The position numbers and the translations under genes were made by a program. This document shows, one piece after another, positions 52,864-63,456 of a DNA stretch of 64,000 bases. The notes under the pieces are model-generated. The model saw nothing but the letters and a program-made list of their open reading frames with translations. It was not told where the DNA came from and made no database searches. Numbering within the stretch: the first letter of the stretch is position 1; the number at the start of each line of letters is the position of its first letter. This DNA is from Felis catus. Taxonomy: Eukaryota. The stretch is taken from the NCBI RefSeq assembly GCF_018350175.1, contig NC_058368.1, positions 219,916,001 to 219,980,000 of the forward strand, written 5' to 3'.

Positions 52864-54851
52864 TCATTCGATTGTATCTGGCCTTTCTGCGTCAAATTGT
52901 CTTAGTTGGTGGTACTGTTGAGTTAGGACCAAGGCCTGGATGACAGAGAGTCTTTCTCTTATGAATTGTACCAAGCGGTTGAGGATGCAAGGTCCGAACA
53001 TCAGTATTAATAGTAGGAGTATTAAAGGGCCCATGAGGGAGGAGACTAGAGTGGTAAACCAGGGGGATTTGTTATACCACCCCTCAAACCAGCCTTGCTG
53101 AGATTCGAACAGCTTTTGTCTTTGTTTGAGTCTCTCCCTCAGCTTGGCCATGCTGTCTCTCACTATTCCTGTGTGATCAGCATAGAAGCAGCACTCTTCT
53201 TTGAGGGCAGCACATAACCCGCCTTCTTGTAAGAACAACAGGTCAAGTCCCTCCGATTTTGTAAAACCACTTCTGAGAGGGAGGTTAGGGATCTTTCTAG
53301 TGCCGAGATGGATTCTTCTAGTGCCTGTATGTCAGAATGCATAGCGATTTGTAACTGCTTGAACTGATTAGTTTCTATGAGAGCTGCGGTGCCTGTCCCT
53401 ATGCCAGCTGCTAAACTTCCCATAGTTAATCCCCCTAGGAGCAGTGCTACGGTGAGGGAAACTGGTTCTCTCCGGAATCTGCCGCCGGGTTCGTAGTGGC
53501 CATAAATATATTCTGAGTCATGGTAGAAGATTTTTGGCCAAAGTTCAATTAGGATGCAATAGTCGGCAGTATTATTGAGTACCTGGAGCGAGATGCATGG
53601 CGTGAGTCCGGTGTTACAGACCCAGTACGTTCCGTTGGGAGCGGTCAAATAATAGGGACCCTGCCCGACAGATGGTATGGTCTGACTACAGAGATTCTGG
53701 TGTGAGGGTGGAATTTTCCCAATACATAGGCCATGACCGGTGACTTCAGTTAAAGTGAGGCCATGTCGAGGTGTAGTGCTACATCTCAGTGGGGCATTCG
53801 TATGGTTAGTAAAGTTCCCAATTATAGCAACTCCCTGATAGTAAGGGGGTTTAGCCGTTAGGCAGAGCCAACAGTCCTGAGTTTGATTTGGGGCCGTAAG
53901 GTTGAGAGTTAAGTATACCCCTTGTACAAGGTTTAGGAGCCTATCTCCTGTGCCCGGTCGAGAGGGGGGGGTCGGGTATCCTAGACTGGGGCTTAGAGTG
54001 GAATTAACAGGGTTAATTCCCGGTGTCTGAGTTGGGGCCCTTGGTGGCTGGACTGGGATGGCTAGCTGGACCGGAGCTTTTTGATCGGCCAATACTAGGT
54101 TGGGACCTACGGTTTGGGTGATTGTATCTATTTTTAATTTGATTTTTAGAACAATCCCCCTATCTTTTCCCGGTAGGTACCATCGGAGTCCCCATGTATA
54201 GCCCGTCTGCCATCCGAGAGCCCGTTTTCCTGAATCTGTAAAGGTAATCTTAAGAGGTAGAGACAGGGGACTTATCCAATGATGATACCCTTCTGTGCCC
54301 TTTTTATAGTAGCAAGTGTGTCCATCGGGGTCAGGTTTGGTGTAACCTCTTGTAATGGTGATTAAGTCCCAGGAAGAGGTAGGTTGCCAGTAGGCATCGC
54401 CAGTAGTTTCGCAGCCCCATGCCGAGCAGAAATATTCTTCATATCCCCCACATCGGTGGGCAGTGGCCCTATCCCTATTGTCTCGAGGACAGACATAGAA
54501 CTCTGCCTGGGCTAATCTACATCTGGCAGTGGGACTACTGCATCCATGGGCAGTCATCTGCTGGATTCTTTCCCCCATGTAGGACTGCAGGTTCTTGGGG
54601 CTTCTAGCTGGGATATCCCAAGTGTCTAATCCAGCTGCCAGCTGGCAAAAATCAGGGGTAAGTGGGGGCCACCAAGTATTAAGCGCATGGTTACCTTGGA
54701 CCTCCCAGACAACTTCCCCGCTCTGGGAGTAGATTTGCCAAGTCAAGGTATAAACCTGATGTGGGTTCCCCTCTTTGACAATTTTAGCTCCAATTCCCGC
54801 CCCCAAGCTTGTGAGGACCCACAGAAAGACCATTCCCGCTGGGGGTTTCAT
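52864..54851 (-). CDS. env: Envelope (SU-TM), frameshifted in the immunosuppressive domain; as written a 562-aa ORF (54851-53163), 662 aa if one G is restored
   Basis: Signal peptide, NPHQ, proline-rich region, CWLC, furin site RFRR, fusion peptide, LQNRR, then a frameshift. [12 protein letters not shown], the membrane anchor and the cytoplasmic tail lie in a second frame (ORF 52864-53238). Confidence 0.93.
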
Positions 54852-54885
54852 TTTGGGTTTGTGCAGGGACAGGGTGGATTAACAG

Positions 54886-57800
54886 TCAGACACGGGAGAG
54901 TCTTATCTTAAGAGGGTTCTCCGAACGGTGGAGCTTCCAGGTTTTGGGAGCTTTCGGTCCAGGGGTTCTTGGGGCTGCCTTGGCGTGCGATGCGTGAATC
55001 CAGGCGGCGATCCCGTCAACCTTTATGGCGGTGGGCGTGGTCAGCAGGACGATGTAAGGTCCCTTCCAACGAGGCTCCAATCCTTGAGAGCGGTGCCGCC
55101 GGACGTACACGGAGTCTCCTACCTGAAATGGGTGGCTAGTTTGTGGATGTCCTGGCCGGTACAGTTCGGCCAGGGGTGTCCAGATTTGGGCCTGCACCGC
55201 TTGCAGCCCTTTTAGTCGGGCTTGTAAATCAGTCTTAGGATCGGAGGGGGAGAAGGAATTGAGCAAGGTTGACAAAGGGGGGGGTCCCCCATAAAGGATT
55301 TCATACGGGGTGAGCCCGAAACGGTTGGGCGTATTTCTGGCTCTTAACAAAGCCAGAGATAGGAGGCGTCTCCAATCTTTTAAGCCAGTCTCTAAGGTCA
55401 ATTTAGTAAGGGTCTCTTTTATTGTTCTATTCATTCTTTCTACCTGTCCTGAGCTCTGGGGCCTATATGCACAGTGTAATTTCCAATTAATCCCCAGTGT
55501 CCTGGCGAGCCCCTGACTTACCTGGGAAACGAAGGCCGGCCCGTTATCTGACCCGATTACCTTGGGAAGTCCAAATCTGGGGAAGATTTCTTCTAAAATC
55601 TTCTTGGCTACCACGTGTGCCGTTTCTTGTCGGGTGGGGTAGGCTTCTACCCATCCTGAAAAGGTGTCTACAAACACTAATAGGTACTTATACCCCGCAT
55701 GGTGAGGCTTTACTTCAGTAAAGTCTATTTCCCAATAGACTCCTGGGCGGTTACCACGAGTCCGTTTTCCTTCCGGCACTCGGGTAGCCCCAGCGTTTAC
55801 CTGTTGACAGACCTTACAGGCGGAGGTTACCTGTTCTATGAGGGTGCCTGCCTTAGGGATTAAGAAGTCAGTTTTTTTAATCAGTAACTTCAGCTTCTGA
55901 TTACTTAAATGTGTCCAGGCGTGCATTTGTTGGATCATTGCCAGGGCTTCCTTTCGGGGAAGGACTATCTTTCCTTCTTTTTCCCAGTCTTTAGTGTCCT
56001 GATTCAGTATAGCCCCTATGGCCTTTGCCTCTTCCTGGTCTTCTGGGGTGTAAGCATATTTGTTGGTCGTAAGATTGGTTTCTTCAAGTTTTGTGGTCAA
56101 AGTCAACGTTTCTGCCACAGCGACTTGCCTGGCTACTTGGTCTGCCTGTCTATTTCCTGTTGCAATTGGGTCTTGTCCTTTCTGATGCCCGGGGCAATGA
56201 ATTATGGCTACTTTTCGGGGAAGAAAAAGGGCCTTTAATAATGCAATGATTTCAGCTTTGTTTTTAATTTCTTTTCCTTCTGAGGTTAGTAGGCCCCTTC
56301 TTTCATAAATACTCCCATGTGTATGAGCCGTTGCAAAGGCATATCGGCTATCTGTGTATATGTTAGCCTTTTTCCCTTCGGATAGTTCTAGGGCCTTGGT
56401 GAGCGCTATCAGCTCGGCCTTTTGTGCAGACGTGCCAGGAGGTAGTGATTGTGCCCATATGATGTGGTGGCCATCTACTACCGCCGCTCCCGCCCTCCGG
56501 GTACCTGAGTCGATGTAACTGCTCCCGTCCGTATACCAAGAGTGATCCGCATCTGGGAGCTCTTGATCTTTAAGGTCTTCCCGTGTCCCATGGGTCTCAG
56601 CCAGTACTTGCCGGCAATCGTGTGCGCTCTGTTGGTCTTCCGGTGCCGGTAGCAACGTGGCAGGGTTCAAGGTAACCGGAGGTCCAAATTGGACGCGGTC
56701 TGTGTCCAGTAGGAGGGCCTGGTAGTGGGTTAGGCGTGCGTTGGTTATCCATCGGTCCGGTGGCTGCCGCACTATGGCCTCTAAAGCATGCGGGGTGATA
56801 ACAGTTAGTGGCTGTCCAAGGGTTAATTTGGCAGAGTCCTTGACCAGCATAGCAGTGGCTGCCATGATACGAAGACATGGGGGCCACCCCGCTGCCACAG
56901 GGTCCAACTTTTTGGACAGGTATGCTACTGGCCTCTTCCAGGGCCCTAATTTTTGGGTTAGAACTCCTTTGGCAATTCCTTGTTTCTCGTCTATGAAAAG
57001 GGTAAAGGGCTTGGAGGTGTCTGGCAACCCGAGAGCCGGGGCGGAGAGGAGGGCCTCTTTTAGGGCCTCAAAGGCTGACTGATGTTTTTCCTGCCAGGTG
57101 AAGGGTGCACTCTCTTTCGTGAGGGCATAGAGGGGGGCGGCTAGCTCAGCGAACCCAGGTATCCATAAGCGACAGAACCCAGCAGTTCCCAGGAATTCAC
57201 GTACCTCTCTGGGGTTCTGGGGCGGCGGAATGCGAGCCACAGTTTCTATTCGCCCAGGGGTGAGCCATCTTTTCCCCTCACTCAGTATGTACCCCAGGTA
57301 GGTTACCTTGGTTTGGCAAATCTGGGCCTTCTTGGCGGATGCCCGGTATCCTTTTTCTCCTAATTCCCGGAGCAGATGTCTGGTACCTAGTATGCAGGCT
57401 TCTTTTGTGGGGGCGGCCAGAAGAAGGTCATCCACATATTGGAGTAGAGTTACTTCTGGATGTTGAGTCCGGAAGTCAGTTAGGTCCCTGTGAAGAGCCT
57501 CATCAAAGAGAGTGGGGGAGTTTTTGAACCCTTGGGGTAAGCGGGTCCAGGTTAATTGGCCTGAAATTCCTCTTTCAGGGTCCCTCCATTCAAAAGCAAA
57601 CAGTTCCTGGCTCTGGGGGGCCAAGGGTAAGCAAAAGAACGCATCTTTTAGGTCCAGTACTGTGTACCAGGTGTGGTCTGGGCTCAGGGTGCTGAGCAAG
57701 TTATAGGGATTGGGGACCGTAGGGTGGATATCCATAGTCCTTTTGTTGACTTCTCTTAAGTCTTGGACGGGCCTGTAGTCCCGGGTGCCAGGTTTTTTTA

Positions 57801-58456
57801 CTGGTAAAAGAGGGGTATTCCAAGGTGAGCGGCAAAGTCGCAGGACCCCAAGCTCTAGAAATCTAGTAATGTGTGGCTGAATGCCCATATGAGCCTCCTT
57901 GCTCATGGGATACTGCCTGATAGACACAGGCATTGCCGTGGGCTTTAGGTCAATTATGATTGGGACTTGGCATTTGGCTCGACCGAGCCCTCCCGTTTCT
58001 GCCCAGGCTTGGGGAAAGTCCTGCAGCCAGGCTTCGAGGAGGTTAGTGGTGACCGGGGTTTCAAAAAGTCTGTGTTCGTCTTGTAAGGACACAGTTAAGA
58101 CTTGGATAGGCTGGCCATCCCGGTTTAGCACTTGGGCCCCCGTTTCGGAGAAGTGTATCTGGGCTCCAAGCTTGGTTAGGAGGTCTCGTCCCAGAAGGGG
58201 GTACGGGCATTCGGGTACCACCAGAAAGGAGTGTGTCACCGTCCCTTGCCCTAAGTCAACCGTGCGGCGGTTAGTCCATTTGTGAATTTTTCTTCCTGTC
58301 GCTCCTTGGACCCAGGAGGTACGCGAGGACAGAGGCCCATTTGCCTTGGTTAAGACCGAGTGTTGAGCTCCCGTGTCCACCAGGAAGGTGGTGGGATGCC
58401 CCCCTACAGATAGGGTTAGCCGGGGCTCGGGGGGGGGCTCCGGAGCCCTGACATCC
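54886..58456 (-). CDS. pol: Pro-Pol (protease, RT, RNase H, integrase); stop-free but +1 out of frame with gag
   Basis: LVDTGA protease, LDLKDAFF and YVDD RT, YTDGS RNase H, HAWTH...CKVC, WEIDF, SDNG and VERMN integrase. The ORF from 58380 is in a different frame from gag because of a G9 run at 58429-58437. Confidence 0.93.
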
Positions 58457-58459
58457 CTA
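58398..58459 (-). promoter_or_regulatory. UAG readthrough signal with gammaretroviral pseudoknot
   Basis: Viral sense TAG GGATGTCA GGGCTCCGG A GCCCCCCC CCGAGCCC ...GGGGGGC, the same layout as the MLV readthrough pseudoknot. Confidence 0.85.
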
Positions 58460-60133
58460 TTCGCTCTCTTCGCCTAAGGCGAGCACAGAGGCAGGTTTCT
58501 TTGAGTTCCCGGGGCGCTTAGGGCAGTCTTTGATCCAGTGCCCGCGTTCTTTGCAATAGGCGCACTGGTCTTTTCCTACTTTGGGCCGCCTCTTCGTTTC
58601 CCCTGACTTTCCTGTTCCGTTTTCTGTCACTACAGCTGCCAGGATTTTGGTTAAATGTTTATCTCTCTTTCGATCTCTTCGTTCCTCCCGTGCTTCCTGC
58701 TCTCTTGCTAGCCTAGCCTCCTTTTCCTCTGGGGTCTCCCTTTTGTTATATACCTTTTCTGCCTCCCTAACTAGTTCCTGCAACCCATAGGTTTGAATCC
58801 CATCTAGCCGTTGGAGCTTTCCTTTTATATCAGACGCTGCCTGATCTATGAATGACATGGCCACGGTAGCCTTATGTTCTGGAGCCTCGGGGTTAAATGG
58901 AGTATACATCCGAAACCCCTCTAGAAGCCGTTCCATAAAGGCTGCGGGGCTCTCCTCTTTTCCTTGGATTATGGTCCTTACCTTGGCCAAATTGGTGGGC
59001 CGTTTCCCTGCCCCCTTGAGACCCGCCAACAGAGCCTGGCGATAGATTCGGAGACTCTCCCTACCTGGAGCCGTTTCATAGTCCCAGTCCGGGCGGGTGA
59101 GGGGAAACCCTTCATCTATTTCATTGGGAAGCTGAGTTGGAAGACCTCCAGGCCCCGGCACATTTTTCCGGGCCTCCAGGAGAACTCGTTGCCTTTCCTC
59201 GGTAGTCAAAAGGACCTGTAAGAGCTGCTGGCAGTCGTCCCAGGTAGGCTGGTGTGTGAGGAGGATAGACTCTATTAGTGAGGTTAGGGCCTGGGGTTCT
59301 TGGGAAAAGGAAGGGTTATGAGTTTTCCAATTATAGAGATCGGATGCAGAAAATGGCCAATATTGGACAGTCCGGTTGACTGTCCGGAGAGGAAACAGGG
59401 AAGATTGCCAAGTGGGAGGGCCGTTCGGGTCGTCCGATCGCCGGAGACGGAGGCGGGGGGTCTGAGGTGGGGTCTGGGGAGTTAGATCGGGTGGGGCTGG
59501 AGTAGAGGATGGGGCTGACGTACAGGCGGGGGAAGAAGTTGGGGAGGGGGAGGAGGAACTGGAGGCAGGAGGGGAAGTAGGGGGCACCGGGGACAGGACG
59601 GAGACGGGGGCCAGGGGTGAATTATAGGGTGGAGGTAGTAAGAGGGGGTTGTGGGGCGGTGAAGTCTCTTCGGGGGCGTGGGGCGGCGAAGACAAAGCGT
59701 CTAGGAGGAGGGGGTCCCTTTGGGACTCATCGGGAAGAACCGGTTTGGGCGGATCTGGAGTTTGGGTTGAGGCTCGGTTTTTGGAGGTTTTCAGGGGAAG
59801 GAGGGTAGACTGAGAAGTGGGGCAGGAAGGAAGGAAGGGTTTCACCCATGCCGGAGGATTCCGGATGAGATCCTCCCAGGTGAGGATATAGGCCACTTGA
59901 TCTGGATGACCTTGTGGTCCAGGATCCATTACCTTCGTCTTAACCTGTAATATAACAAAGAGGTCAAAAGTCCCGTCCCGGGGCCACCCTACAGATAGGG
60001 TGGGCCACTCCGATGAACAAAAAGTTCGCCATCGACCTTTTCGAACCTCAACGGATAGATTGCGAGCTCTTGCCTGGACGTCCGAGAAATGAGTCAGAGT
60101 CAAAGATAGAGGAGTAGTCAGTGTCTGTCCCAT
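58457..60133 (-). CDS. gag: Gag polyprotein (MA-p12-CA-NC), 558 aa, intact
   Basis: [13 protein letters not shown] myristoylation start in strong Kozak context (GCCATGG), PPPY late domain, CA start [41 protein letters not shown] stop. Confidence 0.97.
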   Translation of the reverse strand: MGQTLTTPLSLTLTHFSDVQARARNLSVEVRKGRWRTFCSSEWPTLSVGWPRDGTFDLFVILQVKTKVMDPGPQGHPDQVAYILTWEDLIRNPPAWVKPFLPSCPTSQSTLLPLKTSKNRASTQTPDPPKPVLPDESQRDPLLLDALSSPPHAPEETSPPHNPLLLPPPYNSPLAPVSVLSPVPPTSPPASSSSSPSPTSSPACTSAPSSTPAPPDLTPQTPPQTPRLRLRRSDDPNGPPTWQSSLFPLRTVNRTVQYWPFSASDLYNWKTHNPSFSQEPQALTSLIESILLTHQPTWDDCQQLLQVLLTTEERQRVLLEARKNVPGPGGLPTQLPNEIDEGFPLTRPDWDYETAPGRESLRIYRQALLAGLKGAGKRPTNLAKVRTIIQGKEESPAAFMERLLEGFRMYTPFNPEAPEHKATVAMSFIDQAASDIKGKLQRLDGIQTYGLQELVREAEKVYNKRETPEEKEARLAREQEAREERRDRKRDKHLTKILAAVVTENGTGKSGETKRRPKVGKDQCAYCKERGHWIKDCPKRPGNSKKPASVLALGEESE

Positions 60134-60460
60134 GGCTGTGTCGTCCTGTCCACGCGTCCACACACGCACACTTACACACACACACACGAATATGACTACA
60201 ATGTCGATACAGACCAGACAACACAGACTAGACAACAACCAAGGAGCCGCGGCCAGGTATTCAGATTCAGATGGCAGGGGAGGCCTGCCTTCGGATTTGG
60301 GGAGTCTGACGAACTTGTCAGTTCTCCTCTACAAGCACCACCGAGGCGTCCCTCGGGGCCGGGGTGTGAAGGTTCAGGACACGTCTGTCCTCCTTCAACA
60401 CTCCTACTGAGGTGGCCGGCCGGCCTCAGAATTCACAGTTCAGAGACAAAACATAGAACA

Positions 60461-60469
60461 CAATACCTG
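60461..60469 (-). promoter_or_regulatory. Candidate major splice donor (CAG/GTATTG) in the proviral leader
   Basis: Best donor-like match downstream of the PBS; position typical for gammaretroviruses; unverified. Confidence 0.4.
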
Positions 60470-60572
60470 TGTGCAGACAAAGGCACAGAAGTCTGTCTTC
60501 AGTCAGTCCGTCAGTGGCCCGGGCCGGAGAGTCATCTACCGACGGGGCCGGGGTTCTCCTGCCTTCCCTCGC

Positions 60573-60590
60573 TTCCCGGCCAATGCACCA
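60573..60590 (-). other. Primer-binding site for tRNA-Gly
   Basis: Viral sense TGGTGCATTGGCCGGGAA, complementary to the 3' 18 nt of tRNA-Gly(GCC), 2 nt after the 5' LTR. Confidence 0.95.
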
Positions 60591-60592
60591 AA

Positions 60593-61142
60593 TGTTAGGA
60601 GCCAAGCTCCTAGGCCCTATGGAATGAGAGTTGGCGCAAAGAACCACACGGCACTCCGATTTCGGCAGAGAGTCTTTACTGGTGCACCAGGGCTCCCCAG
60701 TGTTAGAAAGCGGGAGAGCCCCGATATATGGGGTTACAGGTCTTTTATACCATTTTGAGTTACATTTGCATACAGGCTGGTGGTAGGCTCTCTGCTCGGT
60801 GGTGGTTAGGGTTGGGGGTAATTTCGTCCTGGGAAAGCTTGGGAAATGGAGTTTCTCTCGGCAGATGCAACTTGGAGCCCGGGTGCGAAGCGGCAGGGGA
60901 CCTCCGGTTTGGGAGCGTAAGCAGGTTTACAGAAGCGAGATGAAAGCGGTCACCGTTATTTATGTGACAACCTGTTCCTGTCTTGCGTAGGGAAAGGTGG
61001 GGGTACAGCTCTCCCAGGGTACGGATGTCTAACTGCAGATATCCTGTTTGTCAACTGGTGGAAGTGCAAGCCCTGCAAGTGAGGCGTTACGGAACTGAAG
61101 ATAGGGTGGGGGTGTGTTATTAAGCTAAGCAGGGGTCTTTCA
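60593..61142 (-). promoter_or_regulatory. ERV-DC 5' LTR (550 bp): U3 enhancer/promoter, R, U5
   Basis: TATAAAA at 60743-60749, octamer ATGCAAAT at 60764-60771, AGTAAA at 60675-60680 (all minus strand). Confidence 0.97.
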
Positions 61143-61696
61143 CAACCAAGAGAAGAGTTCAGCCATGAAGGCTGAGGAAGAGGTATAAGTGGAAACAACA
61201 GACAGAGTGTCTCCCATCAAAATCCATGTCCATTCTTCACATGGTGAGAATTAGGTTCATCTCAGGGTTATCCCAAGTGCATTGATTAAGATCAATCTTG
61301 GCCTGAAAATGTCGGCTTCAGTCATGGGACTCACATGGTTCAGGAGACAAAGCAATTCCAGAACCATGGGAGGCAAATGCAGAGCTTTGACAATGTGACA
61401 GTGTCACAATGGCATAACCTTTTGTGTCAACTTCAGATAAAGCTGCAGTAATTACCATAAATTACCACTGAAAGATTTCAAAATGTACAAGAAAATTAGT
61501 GATATTTTTAGGTTTCTTGAGAGTCCTTGGAGCTTGAAACACATATTTTCTTTGAGTAAAATACCTCCTAGAATACTAATATTTTCCATTATGTACAAGT
61601 GTATATATGTGTTTCTGTGTGTGTGGATGTTGTGTGTGTGTGTGTGTGTGTGTGTGTATTATAAAGAGCTATGAGATATTTATGAAGTGATAAGGT

Positions 61697-62063
61697 TGTA
61701 TTAGTCAACTCAGGCTGCCATAACAAAATACGACAGACTGAGTGGCTTAAACAACAGAAATTTGTTTTCTCACAGTTCTGGAGGTGAGAAGTCTGAGATC
61801 AGGGTGCCAGCACGGTGCGGTTCTGGTGAGGTACTCTTCCTGGCTTTGATAGCCTCCATCTAGCCATGTCTTCACATGGCAGAAAGTGCTCTGGTATCTC
61901 TCCTTTTTCTTATAAGAGCTCCCAATTTACCAGATCAGGGCTCCCCCTTATGATCTCACTTAACCTTGATCATCTCCTTACACACCTTATCTCCAATAAA
62001 GTCACCTGGGTTGTTAGGGCTTCAACATATACACTTTGGGGGGATACAATTCAGTTCATAGCA
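61697..62063 (-). mobile_element. MaLR (MLT1A-like) solo LTR
   Basis: TGTATTAGTCAACTCAGGCTGCCATAACAAAATAC...ACAATTCAGTTCATAGCA; AAGGT on both flanks. Confidence 0.8.
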
Positions 62064-63078
62064 AAGGTAACATGCAAAAATACCATGTTAAAATTGAGGT
62101 ACATTTATTATTAGATAAATCTTGTTTATTTTGGTGGAGACAGGAAGCAATGGCAAAGTAATAAGAACACAATTACCTACATTCCTATTCACAGGGGCAA
62201 ATGCTCAGTTATGGCAAGTGTCATTATGGTCAGAGTTCTGTAAATGTTGATTCTACACTACAGCAATATTTTTATCATAAAAAACTTTACCAAAACATTA
62301 TTTTAAAAGCTTTAAAATATAATCAATGAATGCATGATTAAAAAATATTTTTGGGGGGTAACAGACCTAAATGACAATACATACATTTTTCATCTTTCTT
62401 CAGTCTAATCTATATCTTGTTTTCCCACAAGTCAAGGGTACATTAATGCAATATATCAGGTTCTTCCCAGTAACTATTCCCATATTCTCTTTATGTCAGA
62501 GCCCCTCAGTGTACCCAGCACCAATAGTTGCCACAGATGGGTCCCATGTGACCCAAAGTACATATCCACTCAGTGCTTGAGCTTCTGGGTAAGCTCTGGG
62601 CATATTGGACCTCTTGTTGAAAATAGTACTCTTATTTATTCCAGGAAATACTTGTTTTTCTATGGTGTTAACAGGATAAACTATTCTGGATTATACATTG
62701 ATTGAGTACTGAGTCTACCCTCAGAAAGTCCACAACCATCAATCTTGATATCAGGAAGACCATTCTCCCACTGACTTCTCAAGCAATTGCTTAACACAAT
62801 TGCCGTATTACCCAACCCAAAGTTTGTGGCCCAGTTCAAAGATGGATCAGGCAGTTTTTCTGCAGTGGCTCTTCTGGCTCTATTTCAAAATGGCTCCAGT
62901 CATGTCAATTTTTCACAGATGAACGTATTTGTGAGCAAAAGATACTCAGTGTTTCACACGCCTTATTAAATCAAACTTCGCAGAGTAAGTGGATAAAGAT
63001 ATAAAAGTTTTCAAGTAAATGGCACAAATTACAAGACTTTTTGTTTTTGTTTTTAAGTTGTGTCAATTCATGCCCCCA

Positions 63079-63456
63079 CTGTTATGGGCTGAAGTGTATT
63101 CCCCCAAAATTCTTATTGTGAAGCCCTAAAGCCCAACATGACTGTATTTGGAGACAGGGCCTTTAAGGAGGCAATTAAGGTTATATGATGACATAATGGT
63201 GGGCCCTATTCCCAAGGAACTGGTTTCTTTATAGGAAGAGGAAGAGACAACAGGAGTGTACATGCAAAGAGGAAAGGCCGTGTGTGGATACACTGAGAAG
63301 GAGGTCTGCAAACCAGAAAGAAAGGTCTCTAGAAACCAACCCTGCTGGTACCTTGATCTTGGACTTCTAGTCTCCACAACTGTGAGAAAATCAGTTGTGT
63401 GTTTCAGTCATCCAGGCTATGATATTTTGTTATGGCAGGTTGAGAAGACAAATACA
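63079..63456 (+). mobile_element. MaLR (MLT1A-like) solo LTR
   Basis: TGTTATGGGCTGAAGTGTATTCCCCCAAAATTC...GACAAATACA; typical MLT1 internal motifs. Confidence 0.75.

Larger units (their letters stand above)
52279..61142 (-). mobile_element. Full-length endogenous gammaretrovirus, ERV-DC family (8864 bp)
   Basis: LTR-PBS-gag-pol-env-PPT-LTR; 4-bp TSD CAAC (52275-52278, 61143-61146); RD-114/BaEV-like Gag-Pol with an MLV-type Env starting [13 protein letters not shown], recalled as the ERV-DC/FeLV-D type. Confidence 0.95.

Noticed and set aside
52864..53238. 124-aa ORF as a separate gene
   Set aside because: It is the out-of-frame TM C-terminus of env; starts at TTG with no signal peptide.
54928..59808. 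Multiple plus-strand ORFs antisense to gag/pol
   Set aside because: Short shadow ORFs of GC-rich coding sequence; no antisense gene is established for gammaretroviruses.
60573..60590. tRNA gene
   Set aside because: Only the 18-nt PBS matches tRNA-Gly; SINE heads are likewise tRNA-derived, not tRNA genes.
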